From: Synechococcus elongatus PCC 6301
Lineage (GTDB): Bacteria > Cyanobacteriota > Cyanobacteriia > Synechococcales > Synechococcaceae
Direction of reading: 5' to 3'
NCBI RefSeq assembly: GCF_000010065.1
Contig: NC_006576.1
Coordinates: 2,190,001-2,222,000, forward strand
DNA length: 32,000 nucleotides
A program made the translations under genes and the position numbers. Shown piece by piece: positions 12,301-20,510 of this stretch. The stretch's first letter is position 1; every line of letters begins with the position of its first letter. The notes beneath the pieces are model-generated. The model was not told where the DNA came from. It was given only the letters and a program-made list of their open reading frames with translations, and searched no databases.

Positions 12301-12896
12301 AGGCGATGGAGCCGGTCAACATGCTGGCGCTGGAGGAATACGAGCGCACCCAAGCGCGACTGGAGGAGCTGTCAGAGAAGCTAACGACAATTGAAGCGGA
12401 GCGAACGGAATTACTGCTGCGCATCGAAAATTTCACGACTCTGCGCCGCCGAGCCTTCATGGAGTCGTTTGAGGCGATCGATCGCAACTTCCAAGAGATC
12501 TTTGCGCACCTGTCGGACGGGGATGGCTCGCTCCAACTCGACAATCCTGAAGATCCCTTTAGCAGCGGCCTCAACCTGATTGCCCATCCCAAGGGCAAGC
12601 CGGTGCGTCGTCTAGCCTCGATGTCGGGTGGTGAAAAGTCGCTGACTGCCCTCAGTTTCATCTTTGCCCTGCAGCGCTACCGGCCCTCCCCCTTTTATGC
12701 ACTGGATGAGGTAGACAGCTTTTTGGATGGGGCGAACGTCGAACGGCTGGCGCGGGTGATTCGTCAGCAAGCGCAAGCAGCCCAATTCATCGTGGTCAGC
12801 CATCGCCGACCGATGATTGAAGCGGCGGAGCGCACAATTGGCGTCACCCAAGCTCGTGGCGCTCACACCCAAGTTCTGGGGATCCCACAACCCTAG
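9309..12896 (+). CDS. smc: Chromosome segregation protein SMC
   Basis: 1195 aa; N-terminal [11 protein letters not shown]...[19 protein letters not shown] (Walker A), coiled coils around a hinge ([35 protein letters not shown]), C-terminal [43 protein letters not shown] (signature/Walker B). TTG start as called. Confidence 0.97.
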   Translation: [1195 protein letters not shown]

Positions 12897-13039
12897 CCAA
12901 CCGGCCGCTAGGATTGCTTTATGCTGGGCGACAATGTAAAGATGTCGCGACATCAGCCGCAATCCGAAGCGACTGCTTCTGACCAAGCTGTCGCTGCTTC
13001 TGGGGCCTAGGCATTGGTCCCTCACGATAGGACTCAAGA

Positions 13040-14053
13040 ATGACCGCTGAGCAAGTTTGGTTGCGTTCCGAAATTATGGGAACCCAAGTCATTACTCGTG
13101 ACAGCGGGCGACGATTGGGCGTCGTTGGCGAGTTGCTCGTCGATATCGATCGCCGCGAAGTGGTGGCTCTGGGCTTGCGCGACAACTTGCTGACGCGCTT
13201 CTTGCCCGGCGTGCCGCGCTACATGTTCCTGAGCAGCATCCGACAAGTCGGTGATGTCATCCTCGTCGACAACGACGATGTGATTGAAGATAATTTCGAT
13301 GCGATTGGCCTCAGCAATCTGATTAATTGCGAAGTGATCACCGAAGCGGGAGAGCCGCTGGGTCGCGTGCGCGGTTTCAAGTTCGACATCGCTACCGGCA
13401 AGCTAGAGTCCCTCGTGATCGCCTCTTTGGGCTTAGCCTTTGTGCCGGAAAGCGTCCTCAGCACTTTTGAACTCGGTGTCCAAGAAATCGTCAGTGGCGG
13501 CCCCGATCGCGTCATTGTCTTTGAAGGTGCCGAAGATCGGATGGTGCAGCTAACCGCTGGCCTACTGGAGAAACTGGGGCTCGGTGGTTGGGACGACGAC
13601 GAATACGATCGCTACTCCCTGCCGATTACGCCAGTCGAAAATCAGCTCGGTGCCGGTGACCCACTACCGCCCCAACGGGACTATAACCAGCAGCCGTTCC
13701 GGGCCCGTCGCGAGGATCGCCGCCAAGAGGAATTGGTTGAGCCGCTGCGCCAAAGCCGTCCGGCTGCCCGCCGCATGTACCTCGATGAGGAAGAGAGCAA
13801 TCCCGCGCCGCGATCACGATCGCAGCAGCCCAGTCGCGATCGCTACGAAGAGGGCGACTACGAAGAGCTGCCCGCACCCCGCGTTCAACGTCGGCCGGAA
13901 CCTGCGCCTCGCTCACCCGCCGCTCGCCCTAGTGCTCCCCAGCCACTCCCCCAAGATGACGATCCGTTTGGCGATGCTTGGGGTGAGCCTGATGACAGTC
14001 CAGAGCTGCAACTACCGCAACGACAACGTCAGCCGGAATACGAAGAAGGCTAG
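13040..14053 (+). CDS. PRC-barrel domain protein with a long low-complexity, charged and proline-rich C-terminus
   Basis: MTAEQVWLRSEIMGTQVITRDSGRRLGVVGELLVDIDRREVVALGL... and repeated NLINCEVITEAGEPLGRVRGFKFDIATGKLESLVI; C-terminal ~120 aa rich in R, E, P, Q, D. Confidence 0.8.
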   Translation: MTAEQVWLRSEIMGTQVITRDSGRRLGVVGELLVDIDRREVVALGLRDNLLTRFLPGVPRYMFLSSIRQVGDVILVDNDDVIEDNFDAIGLSNLINCEVITEAGEPLGRVRGFKFDIATGKLESLVIASLGLAFVPESVLSTFELGVQEIVSGGPDRVIVFEGAEDRMVQLTAGLLEKLGLGGWDDDEYDRYSLPITPVENQLGAGDPLPPQRDYNQQPFRARREDRRQEELVEPLRQSRPAARRMYLDEEESNPAPRSRSQQPSRDRYEEGDYEELPAPRVQRRPEPAPRSPAARPSAPQPLPQDDDPFGDAWGEPDDSPELQLPQRQRQPEYEEG

Positions 14054-14320
14054 GCGACTCTGAGCCATCCAATTCGGCCACTGTTGGACGTCGTTGTCTG
14101 CAGTGACTCGTTGACTGGTATCGTGTAAAACGCGTACAACTCAAGCGCTGTCGACTGTTGCCCGTTTGGTGATGTCGTTGACTCCTCCGTCTCACCCTGC
14201 AGTTGCACCCCGAAATAGCGATCGCGGCCTTCCGATTCCCGTGCTTCAAATCAAGGCCTAGACAAGGGTGAGCCAGAAATTTCTCGCAATCGCTTGCTAA
14301 AAACACAGCACACAAGTTAT

Positions 14321-14335
14321 ACCTGTTTAACAGGT
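14321..14335. promoter_or_regulatory. Short inverted repeat upstream of speD, candidate operator or RNA structure
   Basis: ACCTGT-TTA-ACAGGT, perfect 6-bp arms, ending 22 bp before the speD start. Confidence 0.25.
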
Positions 14336-14357
14336 TGTCTTAGTTCAACGGAGAACC

Positions 14358-14777
14358 ATGACCGTTTCCCTCAATCCCCTCTTGGCTGATCCCCCTGCAC
14401 TCGGTGTTGGACGGCACTGCATTCTTGAGATTTACGGCTGTGCCGGTGAACTGCTCAACGATGCTGCCTACGTCGATCGTTCGATTCGGGAAGCCGCGAT
14501 CGCTGCTGGAGCAACTCTCCTCAATCAGGTCTGCCATGAGTTTGAACCTCAGGGCGTGACGGCTCTAGCGTTGCTGGCTGAATCCCATATTTCCATCCAC
14601 ACCTGGCCTGAAAATGGCTATGCGGCAGTGGATGTCTTTACCTGCGGCGACCATACTCAACCTGAAGTCGCTTGCCACCATCTCATTCAAGCTTTTAAAG
14701 CTGAACATCATAGTCTGCACAGCATTGTCAGACGGCCTCCCGCTGCGATTCGCGAACACGAGCGCGTTCCGGCCTAG
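14358..14777 (+). CDS. speD: S-adenosylmethionine decarboxylase proenzyme
   Basis: 139 aa; VGRHCILEIYGCAGELLNDAAYV, ESHISIHTWPENGYAAVDVFTCGD (ESH..HTWPE..YA..D.FTCG is diagnostic of the short prokaryotic family; the Ser after Glu is the processing site). Confidence 0.96.
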   Translation: MTVSLNPLLADPPALGVGRHCILEIYGCAGELLNDAAYVDRSIREAAIAAGATLLNQVCHEFEPQGVTALALLAESHISIHTWPENGYAAVDVFTCGDHTQPEVACHHLIQAFKAEHHSLHSIVRRPPAAIREHERVPA

Positions 14778-14893
14778 CGCCAACGATTCAATCTAGTGAT
14801 TAGTGGTGGGCGGCTCCTTGAACCGATATCTGGGGGCCGCCTACTCTTTTCCGTTGTCTTTCCTTGTTGCGTTGCACAGCTGATGAACGAACC

Positions 14894-15220
14894 ATGGCAA
14901 AAAAAATTTTTGGTGTCCGCGTTGAGGAAGATTTACGCCAGCAACTCAAGCAGTTGGCGTTGATTAAGGGCTTCTATCACAACAGCGGTCAGCACAAGGG
15001 TAAGCCCGATCTAAGTGGCTTGGTGCTAGCAATTCTGGAAGAGTATGTCGCGCAAAATCAGGCGGCGCTCGATGCAGCAGGGCCGTTTGTGGAAGAGCCG
15101 GTCACGGTTTCCAAGCCTGCGACGCCACGGCAGCGCAAACCGGCTAGCACCGCAACGAAAGCGAAAACCACGCGATCGCCCCGTAAGCGCAAGCCTTCAG
15201 GACCCAGTGCAGCAAAGTAG
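14894..15220 (+). CDS. Small conserved hypothetical protein with a basic Lys/Arg/Pro/Ala-rich tail
   Basis: ATG at 14894 within the longer ORF; MAKKIFGVRVEEDLRQQLKQLALIKGFYHNSGQHKGKPDLSGLVLAILEEYVAQN... then ...KPATPRQRKPASTATKAKTTRSPRKRKPSGPSAAK. Confidence 0.7.
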   Translation: MAKKIFGVRVEEDLRQQLKQLALIKGFYHNSGQHKGKPDLSGLVLAILEEYVAQNQAALDAAGPFVEEPVTVSKPATPRQRKPASTATKAKTTRSPRKRKPSGPSAAK

Positions 15221-15226
15221 GGCTGG

Positions 15227-16848
15227 CTAGGACTCTGCTGACTGGCGGCGACGCAGCAGGCGATCGCGTAGCTGCTGAACCTCCGGTAAGGGCAGGCGAC
15301 TGACCGGCAGAGCAAAGGTCAGTAGACCCACCCCGCTGGCGATCGCCAGTTTCACAATCAGCAGAATGAGCGTCGATTCCGGCCAGAGGCGATCGAGGCT
15401 GATCTGCGTAAAGTAGGCCAACAGGCCACAGCCAAAGCTCCAAATACTGAGGAGGGTGATCCAGCCCCCCCAGGGCAAAAGGGGCAGCCCGCCCAAGCGT
15501 CGGTGCAAAATCCAGAGCAGGGCGATCAGGGAAATGATGTTGACGGAAACCGTCGCTAAAACCAGACCCGTTGCGCCAAACGGCCCGATCAACAACCAAT
15601 CAAACAGGGCATTGAGAAAGATGTTGATCATGCTGATCCGAAACGGCGTCTGTCCATCCCCCAGGGCATAGAAGACGCGTACCAAGACATCGCGCCCAGA
15701 TAGACAAACATACCGATGCTGTAGGCCACCAGTAGCGCGGCGACCAAGTCGGTTGCATCCGTCTGGAACGCCCCCCGTTCATAGACGAGCTGCACGATCG
15801 GCAGGGCCAAGGCCGCCATCAAGGCACCGAGGGGCAGCATCAGCAAAGCCGTCAGGAATAAGCCTTGGCGGATGCGCTGCTTCAGCTCCGGCCACTGATC
15901 CGGCTCCGCTAAACGCGAAAGCACCGGCAGCAGTGGCACCAAAATGACATTCGAGAGAATGCCGAGCGGTGTTTGTACGAGCAAACCGGCATAGCCCAGA
16001 CCTGCTGCCGCTTGAGGAATAAAGGAAGCGAAGAACAGATCAGTGTAGACATTGATCTGCAACATCCCAGAGGAAAACGTCGCTGGCCCCAGAATGCGCA
16101 GGACCTCTTTGACCTCGGGGCGCTGCCATTCGAACCGCAACCGCAGTCCGGCGAGGCCATGGCGAAACTGCGACGGCAACTGAATTAGCCATTGCAGAAT
16201 TGCGCCCAGTAAAGTGCTGCCCGCCAGCACCAAGCCACCCACGATCGCGAGTTGGGGGCTGGTAATGCGGCTACCGACTTGCCACCAGAGTAGCCCCACA
16301 CCAGCAATCACGGTCACGCTGGAAAAAAGCGGGCTGATGGAAGGCAGCCAGTAGGTATCGGCAGCGTTGAGGACGCCAAAGCCAATCCCGATCAGACCGG
16401 CGAGTAGCGCCATCGGCGCCATAATCCGCAGCTGCAAAACTGCGATCGCTCGCGTTTCTTGACCGGTGGGCGTCAACTCTAAACCGGGTGCGACCAGTCC
16501 AATCAGTGGATCGGCAAAGACTACGATTACGACGGTGACGATCAATAAGCTGATGCCGACGAGCGTTGTGATCGTTTCCACCAAGGGGCCACTGTCTTGG
16601 CGATCGCGCTTGGCAAGGACGCTGACCATGGCGCTGTGGAAGGGGCCATTGATGCCACCGAGCAGAATTAGCAGAAAGCCTGGAATAACGTAAGCGTAGT
16701 TGTAGGCATCAAAGGCAGGCCCGACGCCGAAGGCCGCGGCGATCGCCTGTTGCCGGACCAATCCAAAGACTTTACTGAGTAGGGTAGCCACCGCAACGAT
16801 GCCAGCAATGCCAGCAAGCGATCGGGCCGGTTTAGAAGCGTCGGGCAC
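15227..16848 (-). CDS. murJ: Lipid II flippase MurJ/MviN family, interrupted by an apparent 1-nt frameshift near 15694
   Basis: Two ORFs (15628-16848 and 15227-15685) together give one MurJ-like protein: MPDASKPARSLAGIAGIVAVATLLSKVFGLVRQQAIAAAFGVG...GMFVYLG | [RD]VLVRVFYALGDGQTPFRISMINIFLNALFDWLLIGPFGATGL... Confidence 0.9.
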
Positions 16849-16895
16849 AGGATGCGAAAGAATGGATGGCGGCCTGAACAGTCTACGATGCCCCC

Positions 16896-17606
16896 ATGCC
16901 TCAGCGGCTCTATACCTATCCCCCTCTGTTGCGGGGGCGCTTGCTCCAGCGCTACAAACGCTTTTTTGCTGATATTGAACTCGACAGTGGCGAGACGATC
17001 ACGGCTCACTGCCCGAACACGGGGCCAATGACGGGCGTTTGTCAGATGGGCAATCTGGTTTATGTCTCTAAATCAGACAATCCCAAACGGAAGTTGGCCT
17101 ACACCTGGGAACTGATTGAGGTCACGGATAACGAACCGACTTGGGTGGGTGTCAATACGGGGCTACCGAATCGGGTGGTTCAAGCCCTGCTCGAGCAGCG
17201 TTGCTTGCCGGTGTTGGGCGACTATGGCGAGGTGCAGCGCGAGGTCCCGTATGGCGAGAACAGTCGGATTGATTTCCGATTAACGGGCGATCGCCCCATC
17301 TATGTCGAGGTGAAAAATACGACTTGGACGGCTGGTCGCCTCGCGCTTTTCCCAGATACCGTCACGACTCGCGGCCAGAAGCACTTGCGGGAGCTGACAG
17401 CGATTTTGCTGGAAGCGCGAGCGGTCATGCTCTACTTCATCAATCGGGGCGATTGCACTGCTTTCGCGCCGGGAGATAGCGCCGACCCAACCTATGGGCA
17501 GCTGTTGCGGACTGGCATTGCTGCCGGTCTTGAAGTCTATCCCTGCCAATTTCAGATCAGTCCTGAAGGCATTGATTTTTTAGGCGTTGCCCCTTTGCAA
17601 CTCTAA
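16896..17606 (+). CDS. sfsA: Sugar fermentation stimulation protein homolog SfsA
   Basis: LLQRYKRFFADIELDSGETITAHCPNTGPMTGV, YGENSRIDFRLT...YVEVKNTTW, FPDTVTTRGQKHLRELTAI. Confidence 0.93.
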   Translation: MPQRLYTYPPLLRGRLLQRYKRFFADIELDSGETITAHCPNTGPMTGVCQMGNLVYVSKSDNPKRKLAYTWELIEVTDNEPTWVGVNTGLPNRVVQALLEQRCLPVLGDYGEVQREVPYGENSRIDFRLTGDRPIYVEVKNTTWTAGRLALFPDTVTTRGQKHLRELTAILLEARAVMLYFINRGDCTAFAPGDSADPTYGQLLRTGIAAGLEVYPCQFQISPEGIDFLGVAPLQL

Positions 17607-17689
17607 ATAACTGCCGTGCAGTTGTTCAAAATGCACTTGGGTTTCCCTAGAAACCTGCGCTAGGCTGCGATCGCTTCTTTTGCTTTGCT

Positions 17690-18496
17690 ATGAACTACGC
17701 TCTTACCCAAGCTGTCCTGACTGGCACCCTTGAGGTGATTACCTTTGGGGGGGCTACCATTCTTGGTGTGGCGGCTGTCCGCAGTTGGATCAAGGATGTT
17801 TTAAATCCCGATCGCACGCTCATTCAGCTGCGCCAGCAGCTCCAAGATCTAGAGCGCAAGTTAGAGGAAGCTCCCGAAGACCTACGGCAAATCGGTCGTC
17901 TTCGGGCTGAAAATGCGCTCTTAGCTCAAAATAATCAACAACTTGAGCGCCTTGTTAGTCAGTTACAGCAACAGGTTAAGAATCAAGAATCGACCCTTCT
18001 AGGATTGGTTCAGGAGAAACAAGAACTGCTGACCCAAGTCGGCGATCGCGATCGCCAAATCGTGCAGTTAACTGCTGATTTGCAAACCCTTGAGGCGCAA
18101 GCCCAACAGCGATCGCAGGATTTCCAAGAACTGTTAGAAGAGCGGGAACAAATTCTTGAGGCAATGGAGCTTGCCCAAACTGAGCGGGAACAAATCGCTC
18201 AGAATTACCAGCAGCTGCAGGCACAGCAAGGGGGCATGGCCAGCCGCGCCCATAGCCTTGAAGAGCAGAATCGTGATTTGGTCGGAAACATCCAAACCCG
18301 CGAGCAGACAATTCTGGAACTACAAGAAAATTTGACTGCCTTGGAAGCGTTGCTGCAGGAGGAACAACTCCGTAGAGCTGAACAAGAAACGCAACTGATT
18401 CAAGTGCGTGAACAGCTGCAAATTCTGATTCGTCAGCGTTTAAACCAACAATCGGGCGTTCGGCCGGCAACTATTCGCCGCTGGTTAGGGTCTTAG
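17690..18496 (+). CDS. Membrane-anchored coiled-coil hypothetical protein
   Basis: 268 aa; N-terminal hydrophobic segment (AVLTGTLEVITFGGATILGVAAV) followed by an almost continuous Q/E/L-rich heptad-like coiled coil. Confidence 0.7.
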   Translation: MNYALTQAVLTGTLEVITFGGATILGVAAVRSWIKDVLNPDRTLIQLRQQLQDLERKLEEAPEDLRQIGRLRAENALLAQNNQQLERLVSQLQQQVKNQESTLLGLVQEKQELLTQVGDRDRQIVQLTADLQTLEAQAQQRSQDFQELLEEREQILEAMELAQTEREQIAQNYQQLQAQQGGMASRAHSLEEQNRDLVGNIQTREQTILELQENLTALEALLQEEQLRRAEQETQLIQVREQLQILIRQRLNQQSGVRPATIRRWLGS

Positions 18497-18832
18497 TTCT
18501 GCTGCGATGCGTTAGGAGTCGCTGAAGTTGCTGATCGGCTTGGATCTATCCGCCAGTAGACCCTTCTGCTCTCGAACCTTCAGCTCTGATGTGAGATTTA
18601 TGCAGGAAAATCAGTTTCCTCAGAGTGGAAAAGCGTTTGCTAACCCAGCCAGACGCTGAATCACGATCGCTGCTGAGTCAGGCTTTCTGCTTCGGCCACT
18701 GACTCAGGTCTCGGTTCTTGATTGTCAACCTCCCTGCGACAGCTTTAAGCGCAATAAAACCAATCACTGATATTGAGATTGAATTATGGGTACGGTCTGT
18801 TGAGAACTGGTCATCTTGTCATAAATTAGCCT

Positions 18833-18851
18833 CAAGAAACAAAGTTTCTTG
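18833..18851. promoter_or_regulatory. Perfect inverted repeat in the AT-richer intergenic region upstream of the XRE-cupin gene
   Basis: CAAGAAAC-AAA-GTTTCTTG, 8-bp arms, 3-nt spacer. Confidence 0.3.
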
Positions 18852-18969
18852 TCGGTGGAATTGCGGCCATTCACTCTCCAAAATCGAGATCATCTCTTCT
18901 AAAATATGCTCAGCAGTTACATATTCCGGTTTACAGTTATAAGAATCTCTTTCTTACCTGGGGTTTAGG

Positions 18970-19662
18970 ATGGAGTCGGCGGACGCTGAGTTTCAGAATT
19001 CAAGCGCTTCTGCAGAGGCAAGTAATGCTCTTTGCCGGTATCTTGGCAATACCATTCGTGAATTGCGGCAGCGCCACGATTTGACGATTGCAGAGGTCTC
19101 TCAGAAGGCTGGAATTTCGCGTGGAATGCTGTCAAAAATTGAGAATGCTCAAACGTCAGCAAGCTTAGAAACTTTAGAGAGGCTTGTCTCAGTCTTGGGA
19201 GTCTCTCTGAGTGCTCTTTTTAAGGGCTATGAAGCCTCTTCTGAACAGGTTTTTTTGGTTCCAGAGGGCACTGCCAAAGAAGTTGTTCGACGTGGCACCC
19301 GCAACGGCCATACTTATCAGCTTTTAGCGAGTGATCCAACTGCTCAGTTTTGCTTTGAATCGTTTTTGATTACACTTCATGAACGATCAGAGCCGTTTGC
19401 TGCTTTTGAACACCCGGGATTTGAGTCGATCTATGTTCTAGAAGGGAAAATGCAGTATCGCCATGGCAGCCAGTCTTACTTGTTAAAAGCGGGTGATGCT
19501 CTGACTTTCCAAAGTGATATTCCTCATGGCCCTGAGCTGCTGATTGATCTGCCGATTCGGTTTTTGGCAACAGTTTTTAATTCGAAAGGGCCGATTCCTG
19601 ACTTCATTGCTTCACCTTCCGTTGAGATTAGTGAAGTGGAAAGCTCAGAAGATGTGGAATAA
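18970..19662 (+). CDS. XRE-family helix-turn-helix regulator with C-terminal cupin domain
   Basis: LGNTIRELRQRHDLTIAEVSQKAGISRGMLSKIENAQTSASLETLERLVSVLGVSLSALF (HTH_3) then cupin motif ...FEHPGFESIYVLEGKMQYRHGSQSYLLKAGDALTFQSDIPHGPELL. Confidence 0.88.
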   Translation: MESADAEFQNSSASAEASNALCRYLGNTIRELRQRHDLTIAEVSQKAGISRGMLSKIENAQTSASLETLERLVSVLGVSLSALFKGYEASSEQVFLVPEGTAKEVVRRGTRNGHTYQLLASDPTAQFCFESFLITLHERSEPFAAFEHPGFESIYVLEGKMQYRHGSQSYLLKAGDALTFQSDIPHGPELLIDLPIRFLATVFNSKGPIPDFIASPSVEISEVESSEDVE

Positions 19663-19865
19663 GAGAGTTGCCCATCCTGAAGTATGGTTCCCGTAATCTG
19701 TGCTGGCCTTCGTCGATCAACTACTCTGATCAGAACCGTTTCAGCGAACGCCTGACTGCTGACTGTTCGCGAGCGACTGGCGGGATCACCCACTGACCTC
19801 TACCGCGATCGCCGGAGTGGGCGCTAAAGTCTGGGAAGTTTGCGCCGTCCCCCAGACTCCAGCCC

Positions 19866-20510
19866 ATGGCGACTGTTGTGTTTATTGGCTATAGCTTTTT
19901 GCATAGCCTGTTGTTGTTCGGAGCCCTGCTGCTCAGTTGGCGATCGCCCGGTTGGGACACGGCCATCCTTGCATTTGTGGCGATCGGGCTGGTCTACGAT
20001 AACGCGATCGTGGCGGCTGGCCGCTGGATTGGTGAAGGCGATCGCTTGGCGGGTCTGGCACGCTGGCGTTATTTACTTCATATTTTTGGTTCACCACTGT
20101 TGATCGTTGCGGGTTGGCAAGTGGCGTTGCGGGCAGGGTTTGCTTGGGCGGAAACATCAACGGCTTTGTGGCTGGCGATCGCGCTGACTGCCAGTCTGAT
20201 TGGCGTTGACCTCTGGACGCGCTATCGCGGTTTGGAACTTGCCCCCGTCAACTTCGGTGGCACGCTGCGCTATAAAGATGTCCGTTTCAATCCTGAGATT
20301 CCTGTCATTCTGACCACGCTGATCCTGCTGGGGCTGGGCGTTCTCTTCGATCGCCAGCGCCAATGGCCGTGGTTGGAAGCGGGAGCGATCGCCATGTTGG
20401 TGACCGGCGCTATTCCGATTCGGCTGGTGGGGGTGCTGGCTAGTAATGGCGGTGAAGTGCTGTTTTGCGCCAGTCTGCTGTTGAGTGTGTGGCACTTCAG
20501 TCATGGCTAA
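19866..20510 (+). CDS. Polytopic membrane protein, hypothetical
   Basis: 214 aa with about six hydrophobic segments; its 3' end overlaps the next gene start by 8 bp, suggesting translational coupling. Confidence 0.75.
   Translation: MATVVFIGYSFLHSLLLFGALLLSWRSPGWDTAILAFVAIGLVYDNAIVAAGRWIGEGDRLAGLARWRYLLHIFGSPLLIVAGWQVALRAGFAWAETSTALWLAIALTASLIGVDLWTRYRGLELAPVNFGGTLRYKDVRFNPEIPVILTTLILLGLGVLFDRQRQWPWLEAGAIAMLVTGAIPIRLVGVLASNGGEVLFCASLLLSVWHFSHG

Noticed and set aside
9906-12579. Numerous long ORFs antisense or out of frame to smc (e.g. 9906-10301, 10213-10647, 11367-11726, 11787-12026)
   Set aside because: Low-complexity L/Q/A translations mirror the Q-rich coiled-coil codons of smc; no independent start context or family resemblance.
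18718-18942. 74-aa ORF in the AT-richer gap
   Set aside because: No recognisable domain, odd composition, no convincing ribosome-binding site; treated as noncoding. RNA-seq could change this.
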